Shown here: piece after piece, positions 1-13,379 of the stretch
How positions within the stretch are numbered: position 1 is the stretch's first letter
How the letters are laid out: each line of letters begins with the position of its first letter
NCBI RefSeq assembly: GCF_006345805.1
Contig: NC_043011.1
Location: forward strand, 27,664,464-27,728,463
Origin: Octopus sinensis
Lineage: Eukaryota
DNA: 64,000 nucleotides
Reading direction: 5' to 3'
Translations under genes and position numbers: made by a program
The notes under the pieces: model-generated
Databases searched by the model: none
What the model was told of the DNA's origin: nothing
What the model saw: only the letters and a program-made list of their open reading frames with translations

Positions 1-897
1 AACTCCGGAATTAGCATGGGGACCAGGGCAGTACCGACAATTACCAACGTAACAATGAAGTATCTAGAAATAACAATATATCAGGAGTCATTTTCAAAAT
101 TTGGTAACCCTTTCTCGAAATACATAAAAGAAAATTAGAAAAGATTTTTAGACGACTGCTTCATCCTCTGGAATGAAAACATAGATAAACTCCTGGAATT
201 CAAAATCACATTAACACCAACATACAATTTGTAATGAAATACAAGCAAGATCTATTCCTAGATATACTGGTTAAAAAACCGAAATAAAGAATAGAAACGG
301 GCATTTTTTTTACCATACTACAGACGCTAAAGAATACCTATTAGTTAGCTCATGCTATCCGAAACATATCAAAACAAATATGTCCTTCAACCTTGCAAGA
401 AGAAATTACACCATAGTGTCCGAAAAATACCAGAGAACTAAGATTGCAAGAATTTAAGAATGTACTCATGGACAGACATTACCCAATTCAACTCATAGAT
501 GATGGGATTAAACGTGCAAAATCGAATGACACAAAAACATTGAGAAACGTCAAACACAATTACACACCTAGTCGGAAAATACTACCTTATGTCTCAACAT
601 ACAACCCCAGAAACAAAGAAGCATTTAACATCATTGTCCCAAATCTCCCAATACTCGATAAGGACCCCAAACTGAAGGAAATTCTACGTACCCATAAAAT
701 CATTAAAAGCAAAAAACAATCAAAGACATTAAAGAGGTTCCTTACAAATGCTAAATTATTCTCAAGAATAACTGACGCAAGAGTAAAAAAATGTGATCGT
801 CCTAAATGTGGAAGATGTCCCTATCTTTTGGAAGGATCAGAATTCCATTTTCGACAAGGGCAAATATTCAAAATTAAATCCAAATTCACTTGTGCGT
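1..897 (+). mobile_element. Penelope-like retroelement remnant (RT C-terminal half plus Cys-rich linker), frameshifted
   Basis: Translates to GISMGTRAVPTITNVTMKYLE, KRFLDDCFILW, LFLDILVK, then ILPYVSTYNP and KCDRPKCGRC. These match PLE RT motifs and the linker before the GIY-YIG domain. Confidence 0.85.
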
Positions 898-1090
898 CTG
901 ATTTATCATTATTTCGCAGTCTTCAAAATCATTTGGACAGAAAATATATGAATTCTGTAGACGAGATCAGAACAGTACTGGAAGACTGTTTTACCTCACA
1001 GACAAGTGAATTTTGGAAGAGGGTCCTTGCAAGTCTACCAGATAGTTGAAAGAGCATTGTAGAAAATTAAGAAGACGAAAAGAATATCAC
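895..1090 (+). mobile_element. mariner transposase C-terminal fragment fused in frame to the Penelope remnant
   Basis: SDLSLFRSLQNHL...FTSQTSEFWKRVLASLP resembles the mariner C-terminus (SDYHLFRSLQNxL...FFxSK...GIxxLPxRW). Confidence 0.7.
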
Positions 1091-1149
1091 ACATATATGT
1101 ATCACACATACACACACACCTTTCTTACATACACACACGCACTTTCGCT

Positions 1150-1393
1150 CCGTAGTCCAGCTGGGTCACTGTTATCATCTCATTTTCAACCAGCCTTTTT
1201 CTTCCGCTCATTTCATCATGTTGAACCATTAATCGTTATACATTTTTCTCTCATCATTTTTTTAATTCTAAAACCTTCCTGTCAAAGAGCGAAGGCTGGA
1301 AACCCCAAAGACTTTTCAATTCTTCCCGAGCGTCAGACTAATACACCTGCTTTTTTTCCTTCACCTTTCTTCGTCTTCTGTTTTCTGTAAATT
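1150..1393 (+). mobile_element. decayed Penelope-type 3' end with degenerate hammerhead motif (1275-1310)
   Basis: Homologous to 4277-4462 and 23828-24020 (ctgtcaaagagcgaaggctggaaac...aaagacttttc...taatacacctg). Confidence 0.6.
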
Positions 1394-1524
<131 letters not shown>

Positions 1525-1543
1525 CTCACATACATTGTTATGC

Positions 1544-1592
<49 letters not shown>

Positions 1593-1726
1593 TATATTTA
1601 TATACATATATGAGTGAGTGTGTACAGCAAATCGATATCTTTCAACACTCTAAAAATTCTGCGAATACTACCTTCTCCTCCTCCTAACACTATGCCTCTC
1701 ACTACTAATAATGTAGTTCTTCTGCG

Positions 1727-1790
1727 TTGCTGCTGCTGCTGCTGCTGCTGCTGCTACAACTACTACTACTACTACTGCTACTACTACTAC
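1727..1790. repeat. (CTG)n/(CTA)n trinucleotide microsatellite
   Basis: Seen directly in the sequence. Confidence 0.9.
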
Positions 1791-2869
1791 TTTCCTTTTT
1801 CTTATTAGTTAAATTATGTAGCGTGTATAATGTGGCTTTACTTTTCTCTGTTCTATGCGCATGTGCTCATCTCGCAGCTCAACATTTTGTATCAAATATA
1901 AACAAACTAGAACAAAATCTAAACAATGTGCCTATGTGTTTACGCATCTTTACCAACACCTAATCCAATAATATTTATGTCTATGACAACTGGTTCTAAC
2001 ATAGTATTAGTGAATAGATTACGATATTATTGCCGAACTGTATATTCTTTATGTCAAAAACTATCTTTAATAAAAACTCAGAAACTGATCTTTCTATGTT
2101 TAACAGCACTATTGAATCTTGACACCATTGTTTCCAAGAGTTTCAAACGTATAATTCTACTTGTAAAATTTTCTGCTAGAAAATCAAAAATATCACCTTC
2201 CATCTAGAAAACCAAAATATATCACCTTCCATCTGTAAGAAAAAGAAGGAGAAGAAAAAAAAACAGCCATGTATTGATGATGTATTATATATGAACATTT
2301 CTTGTATTTTATATCAAAACATATCCTTTGACTGTGCCATTATGGAAAACCGAATCTCATAAACAAATCTAAAAATTACACAAGTCACAAGAATAAAATA
2401 GTATTCGATCCACTGGGTTGACTAACCATCAAAATATTTCACGGCATGTTTGCATTAGTTTACATTCTCAAATTTTATATGCTTTGTGCAGTTTATTTTT
2501 TTCTTTGCTTTTATTTATATTGGCCACAAGATCGTACATTTTGATTCCTATGTTCAATACATTATTTTTCTTTTCGATTATTTGTCCCATGTATCACTTG
2601 CTGTGAATACCTTAAAGAGAATTACGAAAACAATATTTATAGAATGAGTGAAAAGATACCAAAAGTATAGAAATAAACAGAAGTCAGTTGCATTAAAATT
2701 AATGCCTTCGTTTTCAGTAAATCCTATCTTTAAAGAAAGAACTGTAAATGAGGAAATGAATATAAAAACACACACATATGTATATACACACATACACACA
2801 TATATATGCACACACACGTAAAGACAGACAGATACAAAAACAGTCGCACTTATGTATGCACATATATAT

Positions 2870-2922
<53 letters not shown>

Positions 2923-3076
2923 TACATATATATATACATATATATACATATATATACATATATAATATTATATACATATATACATACATGCATATATATA
3001 TGCATATATATACATGTATATACATATATATACATATATATATATATATATTATATTATATATATATATATACATA

Positions 3077-3485
3077 TACTCTGTTACTCTTTTACTTGTT
3101 TCAGTCATTTGACTGCGGCCATGCTGGAGCACCGCCTTTAGTCGAGCAAATCGACCCCAGGACTTATTCTTTGTAAGCCCAGTACTTATTCTATCGGTCT
3201 CTTTTGCCGAACCGCTAAGTGACGGGGACGTAAACACACCAGCATCGGTTGTCAAGCAATGCTAGGGGGAAAAACACAGACACACAAAACATATACACAC
3301 ACACTTATATATATATATACATATATACGACAGGCTTCTTTCAGTTTCCGTCTACCAAATCCACTCACAAGGCATTGGTCGGCCTGGGGCTATAGTAGAA
3401 GACACTTGCCCAAGAAGCCACGCAGTGGGACTGAACCCGGAACCATGTGGTTGGTTAGCAAGCTACTTACCACACAGCCACTCCT
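3077..3485 (-). mobile_element. tRNA-derived SINE, family A
   Basis: Minus-strand head AGGAGTGGCTGTGTGGTAAG (A box) and GGTTCAGTCCC (B box), internal (CA/TA)n, short-repeat tail. Several homologous copies occur in the window. Confidence 0.9.
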
Positions 3486-3494
3486 ACATATGCA

Positions 3495-4462
3495 TATACC
3501 GTTCTCTCTTTGCAACACCTGTCTGTGTTCTGATTGTCCTTGCACAGGGCCATCCAGACTCCCGTTTGCGCTGTGAACAGGGATTAATCTTCTCTCTTCA
3601 CTCCCTTGCGTCACATGGGCACAACTCTCCTCCCATGTTCATCTAACCACCTCCCCTCTCCTCTCTCCCCTCATACCTACTTCCTCCCAGCCACCTCTCC
3701 TCGCTTGCTCCGACTTTACTTTTCTTTACTCCTACTCTCCTTCTCTCTTCTATTCACTCCTACCCACCTTCTCCCTTGCCCCTTCATCGTCACCCCGCCC
3801 TCGTAACCCGACCCCACCAACACAATCGAACCCCCCCTTCTCTATCCATCCCATCACACCCCACCAGATCCTTTACACCCACTCCTACATACCCCATCTC
3901 TAACCCCACCCTCAACCTACTCACATACCCCACCTCTAACCCCACCCTCAGCCTAACCCACAACCCACTCCTGCTTTCCGCACTCTCGCCTCCCTCACAT
4001 CCCAACACCATCACATCACACCACATACCACGACACCATACACCACCATACCACACAATACCACATCACATCATATCACACCACCACGCACACAATAACA
4101 CTGACCACTTCCTAGCCCCACATACAAACACGCACAGATCAAGGTCACCAGCCATCTCCCACACGCACATACATACTGTCTTATATACACGCACGTGCAC
4201 CTTCGTTTTGGGATCACCATTACTTTATCATCTCCCTTTCTTCCTAGCTCCCATGTGTAACCCCTCTGCTCGGCATTCGCCATGACAGTTCCCTAGCCAC
4301 TACACATTCTTTATTTTCTCTCCCTGTTTCTGTGTTCCTTTCTGTGGAAGAGCGTAGGCTCGAAACGTTAAAGACTTTTTCACTTCCCGGGCGTTAAAGT
4401 AATACATCTGTTTGGTGTCTACACCACCTCTATTCGTCTTTTGATTTTTTGTGAATTCTCCC
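3495..4462 (+). mobile_element. Penelope-type 3' region (C/A-rich) ending in a hammerhead-bearing terminus
   Basis: The last ~190 bp are homologous to 23828-24020 and the element ends at (TA)n. Confidence 0.6.
4338..4373 (+). ncRNA. minimal hammerhead-like motif, variant core
   Basis: cttt-CTGTGGA-A-GAGC(gtag)GCTC-GAAAC-GTT-aaag: stems I and II pair, stem III is the palindrome AACGTT. Confidence 0.6.
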
Positions 4463-4539
4463 TATATATATAGATAGATAGAAAGATATAGATATACATA
4501 TATGTATATAGATGTATATACATATATGTACATTTGTAT

Positions 4540-4570
<31 letters not shown>

Positions 4571-4620
4571 ATATATATATACATACATATATATATACAG
4601 ATATATATACAGATATATAT

Positions 4621-4668
<48 letters not shown>

Positions 4669-4735
4669 TATATATATGTATATATATATATGTATGTGTG
4701 TGCGTTTGTATATGTGTACGCAAAATGTGGTTGTA

Positions 4736-4774
<39 letters not shown>

Positions 4775-5094
4775 GTGCATACACTTACCCACATACACAT
4801 ATACATTATGCACATATGTATACATACATACATACATACATGCATACACACACATAAATATATAAAAATACGTATACGTATTCATGCGTAAGTATTTACA
4901 TAATTATACGTACAACCACACGCACACGCATGCACACACATACACATATATTTATTTTGTTATGCATAATAATGTTTAAGGAATTTAATATGTCATTACT
5001 GTATTTTGATTGGCAATATTTCAGACTAGATCTGTTTGTTTAGTTCCGGAATATATAAGCAATCTATGGCATCGTATATATATATATATATATT

Positions 5095-5143
<49 letters not shown>

Positions 5144-7204
5144 CATATAATATATATATGTAATATATATTTTTTTGATCGTATACATACACATCATATA
5201 TGTACGTGTAATATATATATATATATATAGTCTAGAAGTAATTAAAAGAAATGCACTAGAACAAAAAGAAAGAAGACTAATACAAAAAAAATAAAGAGAA
5301 GACACAACGAAGTGATTAGTGAAAAGAGAAATATAACAATAATAGATAAGATTAAAGAAAGAAAAAATATTGCATAAGATTATAAGAGAACAGAATTAAG
5401 ATGAAGGGTAACTTGTAATGAATTTTAAACAATGATGACAGCAACAACGATAATAATACAAACACCAGATGAATAATTGAAGTTGAATAGAAAGGAAATA
5501 AAATAAATATTATAAGTACTTATTTATGCAACGAAGAAAGAAAATTAAGTAATCTTGAATGTATGATTAGAAAATATAAATAATGTGAAACGTTGAAGAA
5601 ACAAAATAAAAAAAACGTAAATATTAAAAAAATATATAAGAATACAAGAGCTCAAAGATGAAGAAAAAGAAGAAGAAGTACAACAACAACAACTAGGACA
5701 ACAACAACATAATCTGGAAAGTAAAACAGGATTTGTGCCGAGAGCAATTCATTGATTGTTCAATTAAATAAATAAATTAGGGTATTAAATATGAAAGTAA
5801 AAATATTTTTATTTTAACAATGATAATCGAATTTTCAATATGAAATGTCAATCAATACGTGAGTCATAATTACTTTATATTCTTTACGAGTGAGTGTGAT
5901 ATTGTCTTGCTGTCACGGACAAGGTGGTTGTATACGTGAGGAAGAGACATGAGTGTTAAACCTATGTCTTTCAAGCGCCTTTGAGCAATTAAAGGAAAGT
6001 GAAATAACTGTCCTCAGCAATTAAAATCAATTCGTAGTTACCATATGCACGGTATGAAATCGTTTGCATTAATATCAATTGATATTGATTTTTAATATAG
6101 GAGTAAGTCTATGGAACGTTATATAATAGCTACAGACCATTGAATTAATTCGTATACGTTATTTAAATTATCGACATCGGAATGAGGAATATCAATATCA
6201 GCGTCCTAGAGCACCAATTTAACTAAGAACACATAAATAGAGAAGCTAATTCACTATATTATTAAGTTGAAGTGAGAGAGAAGAAAACGTACCAATGTTA
6301 TAATCAAAAATAAAGCATTACTCAATTTAAATTATATCTGTTATTATAAAAAAGCACTATCACTAGCACTATTGACAATTGTTGTCTAGTTACGGCATTC
6401 TAGCGCTTCCTCTACTCCACCAAAGTAAATATCAAGTAATATTGATTTCTTTAATAATCTCTCAATATAGTCAATGATAGCTACTTTTCAGACAAGGAAA
6501 TGTACAAGGTGATGAATATTTGAAAATTCATCACGATTTCATTTTCCGTTGTTGCTATTGTTTAACCCCGGATTTGTTATAATCAAGTAAACCTCTGAGT
6601 AACGATATAACGTCAGTCATGTATACAAAACAAAATTACGTAACAATTTCTTTTCAGGCCTTAGAATAAGAATTTGGGAAAATTTGGCTACTATTTCTAG
6701 CAGACAAAACGATCTCAACAAGGCTCCCAGTGTTTGGAACTGTAGTTTCTATTGAAAGCCTCTCACATTTTTAACTGTCCATTTTTATCCTGAGTTCTAG
6801 CACTACTGAGGTAGATTGAATTCTAAATTCATGCATTTTTTTTTGTTTTGTAAAAAGTAAAAAATGATCATCCATTATCACCTCAGATAAAATATGTATT
6901 TTATCATGCAGGCATATGATTGATAGAATTGAACAAGTGTATTACTTGTAGAATTGAACTCGTAGAATTGAACAAGATATATATTTGAACATTATTTTAT
7001 TTGATGAATAGTAAAATCGACTTGGTAAATGCTTATCTTTCGGAATCGCTATCAAGTAAACTTAAGAACTTCTTAGACCCCCAAATGGCTTTTCTGAAGT
7101 CGTACTTCACTACGCTTTATGACATTTCTATTCGTATGCGCTAACTGGATGTAAGATTTATTTGTCGTTAACCTATACTTGCATGACGCGCAAAATTGAT
7201 TTCA

Positions 7205-7535
7205 AATTTTGGCACAAGGCCAGAAATGTTGAAGCGATGGAAGCAGTGAGACTATTACATCGACTCCAGTACTTGACTGGTACTTATTTTATCGACACCG
7301 AAGGGATCAAAGGCAAGGTCACCCTCGGCGTAATTTGAAATTAGAACGAAAACACAAACGGAGTACTGCCAGCCCATCGCCTAATGATAAATACAAGGGT
7401 TTTAATTTTGTTAGGCGGGGATAATTGATTATATCGACCCCCACTACTAGACTGATACTTATTTCATCGAACCCTCATGCATGAAAGACAAAGCCGATCT
7501 CGACCGAATTCGAACTCAGAATGTAACGACGAACG
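7205..7535 (-). mobile_element. two decayed copies of tRNA-derived SINE family B
   Basis: Homologous to 42231-42462 (tcgactccagtac...ctggtacttattttatcgac...aaaggcaagg...tttgaa). Confidence 0.75.
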
Positions 7536-7699
7536 AATTCTCGATCACAAAGCAATTGTTATCATCAACTAAATGCTAAATGGATCACCATCAGTTTCGA
7601 CAAGTTTTCAGTTGTTAGCTATGTGTCTTTAGAGCGTAATTCTCAAACGGAATCAGCGTGGGAAAGTGTGCGACAATGCTGGTCACTTGAATTACGGGT

Positions 7700-7870
7700 G
7701 TATTTTACTCGACGAGCTTTACGTACAGTCTCCATCTTCCAATTTAAAATCACATGGCAGAGGTCTGCCGGTGCTTTGATAAATATCTCTTGCTAAGATG
7801 ACATGCAGTATAATCGATCCTGAGACCTCATGATTGTGAAGCAAACATTTTAGTCATTGGATTGTGCTGT
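7700..7870 (-). mobile_element. highly decayed SINE family A head
   Basis: Weak match to ttgcccaagg...gcagtgggactgaacc...gcaa. Confidence 0.45.
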
Positions 7871-8586
7871 GTCCATAGCAGCTTCCGTATGAGTGTTATA
7901 CAAACAACAGGTTTTTAGGCTTTGTATTCTTAGAGTTAGATATTAAAGTTGGTTTCTACTATACAAGATAACCTGTTTTTATTTGATTCTTTAGAAACTC
8001 TGGAAATCTTTACAAATATTTCAAGTGCTCGTATGAAATATTTGGATTTTTGTAATTTGTCGCTAAAAGGGTTTTACACTTAATATTTCTCTTAAATGGT
8101 TCAGAGGCTTCTGCTGTTCTAACCTTCTAACATTTTGATTTCTATACTTATTTTCTCGATACTTACTGTATTCCTCTTTATTGCCTTGTTCATTGCATAC
8201 ACTTATTGCGATCTTTTTTTTTATATCAACCATTTCGCGTGTTCTTTTAATTCCGTTTTGATTTCTTTATTTCTCCATATCATTACTTGGGGTTGGAGTT
8301 GAAGTGGATGTTTTATTTATAAAAGAGTACGCGTTATCTTCAGTAATCATTCCTCTTCTTTTCTGTTAGGCTAAGATATATTCGCATAATATTTTTCACT
8401 ACGATATTAGACAATATTATAATTTTAAGTACCGTGTTTTTGTTATTTCATCTTATTTTTATTTGGCTTCTCTAGAATCACAAGCACTGCAGTGTTTTTC
8501 TCTCTTTGGTAGATTCTTCATTTTCATTTCGATAACCCCTTTTCAAGTTCATGTGCTTTTCAAAATAATTGCCATTTTATCTGGAA

Positions 8587-8587
<1 letters not shown>

Positions 8588-8631
<44 letters not shown>

Positions 8632-8725
8632 TATTATTATTATTATTATTTAACAACAAGAATAACAACGACATCAATAATGATGATAATGATGAGGATG
8701 GTGATGATGATGATGGCAATGATGA
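8588..8725. repeat. (TTA)n plus (GAT)n microsatellites
   Basis: Seen directly in the sequence. Confidence 0.9.
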
Positions 8726-9123
8726 TATTTCTATGAATGGTATTCGCTCGACTGTAATGCAATAAAATTCGAAAGATGTTAAACAGAAGACTTACAAAAA
8801 CAGGAAAGAGAAAAACGTTATGCTCAGTCCAAAGCGTTATGCAGCACATATAATAAAATGAGTTAAAATTTGTTAAAATCACACAATAAATAATACAACA
8901 AATCAATACCGCCATGTACAATTTTAAACATTCACTTACAATGATCAGGATTCCTCACGATCTTTATTACAAATTTCTACGACTTATTATATCTATGTTC
9001 GCCATATATTGGAGTAGTCATTCCTGTGAGAGGCTGCTTAATCAGAATGAAAGGAGTTTCCACAACCTAACGAAAGCATATATATATATATATATATATA
9101 TGTTATATATATATATATATATT

Positions 9124-9178
<55 letters not shown>

Positions 9179-9214
9179 CTATATGTATATATATATGTAT
9201 ATATATATATATGT

Positions 9215-9281
<67 letters not shown>

Positions 9282-9386
9282 TGTTATATATATATATATA
9301 TATATATATGTTATATATATATTATATATATATATACATACACACATAATCAAATGAATAATAACATGCGATGGATAATTGTCAGT

Positions 9387-9455
9387 TCATAACATCTGTT
9401 TCTTACGCATCTTTCTAATAGAAGAATGAGAACATTATTCTATTTCATCAGATGA
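9387..9455 (-). ncRNA. type I hammerhead ribozyme motif
   Basis: Minus strand tcat-CTGATGA-...-GAAAC-agat-GTT-atga. Stem I is TCAT/ATGA. Stem II pairs poorly. Confidence 0.55.
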
Positions 9456-9887
9456 AACGTAATTTTACAAACAAAAGAATATCGCAAGAATACGGCAGGG
9501 TCGTTGTTGAAGGCTGTCGAGGCCAACTATGAAATGGAAGAATGAACAACAAAGTGGGGCGTTGAGGTTTAGAATATATTTCGTGAAAGGGTGTATTATA
9601 TCTAAGGTCATTGCCCCGGGTGAGATTGGAATCTGCTAGACTGAGTTTTTGGTAGCAGACTCCTGTCTCACTCGAGTCGCCTACCTTTGATATATTACAC
9701 CCTTTCACAAACTATATACTTAACTTCAATGGCCCATTTATTTGGCCATTCTCCCATTTTATAGTCGGCCTCGGCAGCGTTCAGCCATGTTCCTGTTGTA
9801 TTCTTGGGATGTTCTTTTGTTTGTAAAATCATGTTTCATCTGATGAGTGCGTTTTTTGTAATGAAGTAACTTTCTCATTCTTCTATT
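9417..9887. repeat. ~470-bp imperfect palindrome (old Penelope-type fold-back)
   Basis: 9417-9638 aligns to the reverse complement of 9653-9887 right up to a 14-nt loop. Both arms carry CTGATGA. Confidence 0.85.
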
Positions 9888-10867
9888 TATGACACTCTAG
9901 AGTGTCCGACAACGTACAATTCAACGTGCAATACAACGTACAATTCAACGTATCGCGTGTCTTGCACCAGCCCCTAGGCGCTAAATACTCTCAGGGTTGG
10001 TATTCTCTGAGTATACCACCGGAATATCCTATTTGATATGTAACACCCAATAGGCCGAAACCACAGGCTTATCCAACCCTACTTGGTGCAAATCCTTTCA
10101 AGTACCTGATTCTATCCGAATCCTTATTTTACTATACATATATAAACTGTTGAAAGTTTTACAAATAATCGCTTGTGCTTTGGTTTGCTGCAGTTTTGGG
10201 GAATTTTAAATTTTAAGAGCTCTATTCTTCTTTTTTGAGATATTTTTCTCTTTTACCTAATATTTTCGGTGATGGCTTGAGATTATTGACCATCCTACAT
10301 TTCCTACAGCTGGTCACAAAATGATTGGGGATATACTAGCCTTAAACTGTCGGGTGATATGAAGCTTGTTCACTTGTCTGAATGATTGTAATCGAGGTGG
10401 TTTCCTCCACGATTTCTGGTGTGTAAATGATGTGTCTCTTGAATCTGAGACTTGCGTATCTCGTAGCTGCTTCGGCCATCCTTCACCGCTCCCGCCCCTC
10501 TTCGGTTTTTTTTTTATATTTCCATTGTTCAAGGCAAACAAGTCACAAGTAACTTTTACTAAAATACATATAAGCAACAGACGCTCTTCGTGTTGCCGCT
10601 CTTAACACGGACTCTGTCTTGTTATGAATTTCTGAATTTTGTGTTTTCTTGAAGACTTGCAAATCAGGCCTGACCTCTACCCATATTCTTCCTCTGTTAT
10701 CATTGCACTAGTTATCCGTTATAGAAACAAACCCTTCCAATAACCGGCGAGCATAATTACTAATGTTACTGATCGTAATCCTTGTATTTCTCGCCTTATG
10801 TGTCAGTACAAAAGTACAAGCTTAGATATGTCTGTTTATTTTTGGTTCTGTTTTAAGCTCAATCCCT

Positions 10868-10905
10868 ATTCGTGTAAAATTCTGTAGAAAGAATTTTACA
10901 CGAAT
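10868..10905. repeat. perfect 16-bp hairpin
   Basis: attcgtgtaaaattct-gtagaa-agaattttacacgaat. Confidence 0.9.
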
Positions 10906-12335
10906 GCTCCGAACCCTTCTTAATCGAGAGATATTTCCCCGTCTATTCTGTGTTGCGCTTCTTCTAGCTGTCGATCTGTACATCCACGTTCTTTCGTAAA
11001 GTAAAAACGTGTTATGTTTTTCCTCTTTTGGATTAGGTCGTCTGTTTATACAATTCTCGCAACCAATTGTTTTCCGGTTAACTTAGATTTAGTGACTCTG
11101 TACAATGGCACAGACATAATTAGTTGCCTCTGCATTATTTCAATATTCATTATTTCATATAAATTTCGTCTGCTTAGAATAATTGTAAAACTGTTCGAAA
11201 TACTTTCTCTTTCTATTAAGTGTTCATTTATATGCTCATAATTATTGATTTTCTCGTAAGTGTTGATTAAATGATGTAATATGATTCTGCGCTGCTTTTG
11301 TTTGATTTTGTTCTCGAACATATCGTGAATATCTTGCAAGTATTTTGACAAGAAAATAACATCAAAATGTAACAAAAAATGAATAAAAACTATAAACCAT
11401 TTTCGCAATGACTAGACGTCATGACTAGACGTTTTCTCAGTCTTCACAGGGTCTCCGAAGCAGTTGTGTATATATTCTACAACATCTAGTTTCTTATGTT
11501 TGAAAATTTAGTTCTCATTACTATCATAGCTCAGCAACATACACTGAACTGATGAGAGATTCTCTGCACGGTCCACTAAACTACTAGAGATCACGGTCAA
11601 AAACCCCTAACATATCACCTTTCTATACTAAACAAGTAAAATTACATTTCACTATTTATGCCCAAGTTCGTCTGAAAAAGCGAACTGGAAAGATTTCATT
11701 CGTAGGTCTGATGGATTAGAGTCGACCTGGGGCAAAAAATCAACAACGACCACAAAAAATGCACCATTTCTGTGTTTATTTCTAATCTCATATTTACCGA
11801 ATCATTTCTGTTATAAATGTAGTAGTTCCAGCTAACAGTAAAAGAGAACCAGTCTAGTGTGTTTATTCATGCTAGTTTTATTCATACTAGTGTTAATGTC
11901 AAGATTCTTTTGGGAAATACGTGATATATCTAGAAAACATTATCTTCTATAAAAACATTCCACGCTTTATGATTTCTAATAAAGGCGTATATTAATGACA
12001 ATTTCTCTATAGCAAGCTGAAGGGAGTTCTGCTGTAGGCGGCGATTATTTTCCAACGATCTAGTAATTTTTATCCAGCATTCAAAACTTCCCCCCATTAT
12101 ATGCATTAACTGAAAATTCACCTTTCAGGCTCTAAATTCCTTCTCTTTTAATGTGGGCACAAACATACAAAGATACATATAATTATATGTCGAAATATAC
12201 ACGAACACGCACACACGCACATACAGGTTCACGTATAACTACATGGACACAAGGAGACACGCATCATATATACATATATATATGTACTGACTACATCTTT
12301 CTTAATACAGGTGGTTGCTTTTGTCGTCTACATAT

Positions 12336-12414
<79 letters not shown>

Positions 12415-12884
12415 GATATATATGCGTGTGTGTATGTGTCTATATATATTCCCTCTCTCTCTTACACACACGCTCTCTCTCTCTCTCTCTTTCTCTCTCT
12501 TTATATATATATATATATATATATATATGAACATTGAATATATGATTTAAATTATTAAATAAAGTTCAACAAATTCAATCATATTTTACATAAATGGAGG
12601 AGATTAGATAATAATAGAGATGATAAATTTTTTTATTCATGAAGCTACACAATGGTTCCATACAGAAAGACAATAAATTCACTTTAAGAAACCGAGTTGT
12701 CAAAAAACACTCGTCAGTGGCCAAGTATAAGAAAAAGAATAAAAAGACGTTAGGATAATATAGTTACGGTGTTCTTACTAATTTTTGTAATGTGTTATTT
12801 TACTTGGATTCATGTCTATTTAAAACATCTAATCTCTCTTTATGTAAAATAAGACTGAAATTGTTAAACTTTGTTTAATAAGTT

Positions 12885-13156
12885 GGCATTCCATCGATAT
12901 AACTCGACAAAATCAAAACATTTCACTATGAGTATTTCCGTGGATTGCGGAGTAGATATAAAGAAATTATGGCAGCAATGCCTCATTTTAAACTTGAAGA
13001 AAAAAAAGCCTTGCATATTTGTTCTTATCTGCTTCATGTGTCTATGTAAAATCCGCAAATTTCCAAGCAGAAAACAGAATCGAACTGTCAATTGCTTCCA
13101 CGGAAATACACGAAGTGAAATGCTTTGATTTTGTCGAGTTATATCGAAGGAATGCC
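12885..13156. mobile_element. MITE with ~43-bp TIRs and 8-bp TSD
   Basis: TIR GGCATTCCATCGATATAACTCGACAAAATCAAA at both ends. Direct repeat AATAAGTT at 12877-12884 and 13157-13164. Confidence 0.9.
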
Positions 13157-13330
13157 AATAAGTTTAATCATGCATTTAATATGCCTATATAACTTTTCAT
13201 ATCTGTGCTAATTTACACCAGTAAGTTCAAATTAAAGTATAAAGAAACAACGTTAGAAATATTTTGGGAACCACTCTAATTCAAGGACGAATTCGTATTC
13301 AACCTTTTCAAAATCCTATATATCAACGTG

Positions 13331-13379
<49 letters not shown>

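Noticed and set aside
3895-3970. CTAACCC-like words suggesting telomeric repeats
   Set aside because: Not a tandem TTAGGG array. Scattered words within a C/A-rich retroelement region.
5230-5720. Purine-rich, strand-biased blocks here and at ~7900-8460, ~10250-11400, ~17900-18450 and ~39190-40000
   Set aside because: Probably decayed transposon sequence, but no motif could be read with enough confidence to assign a family.
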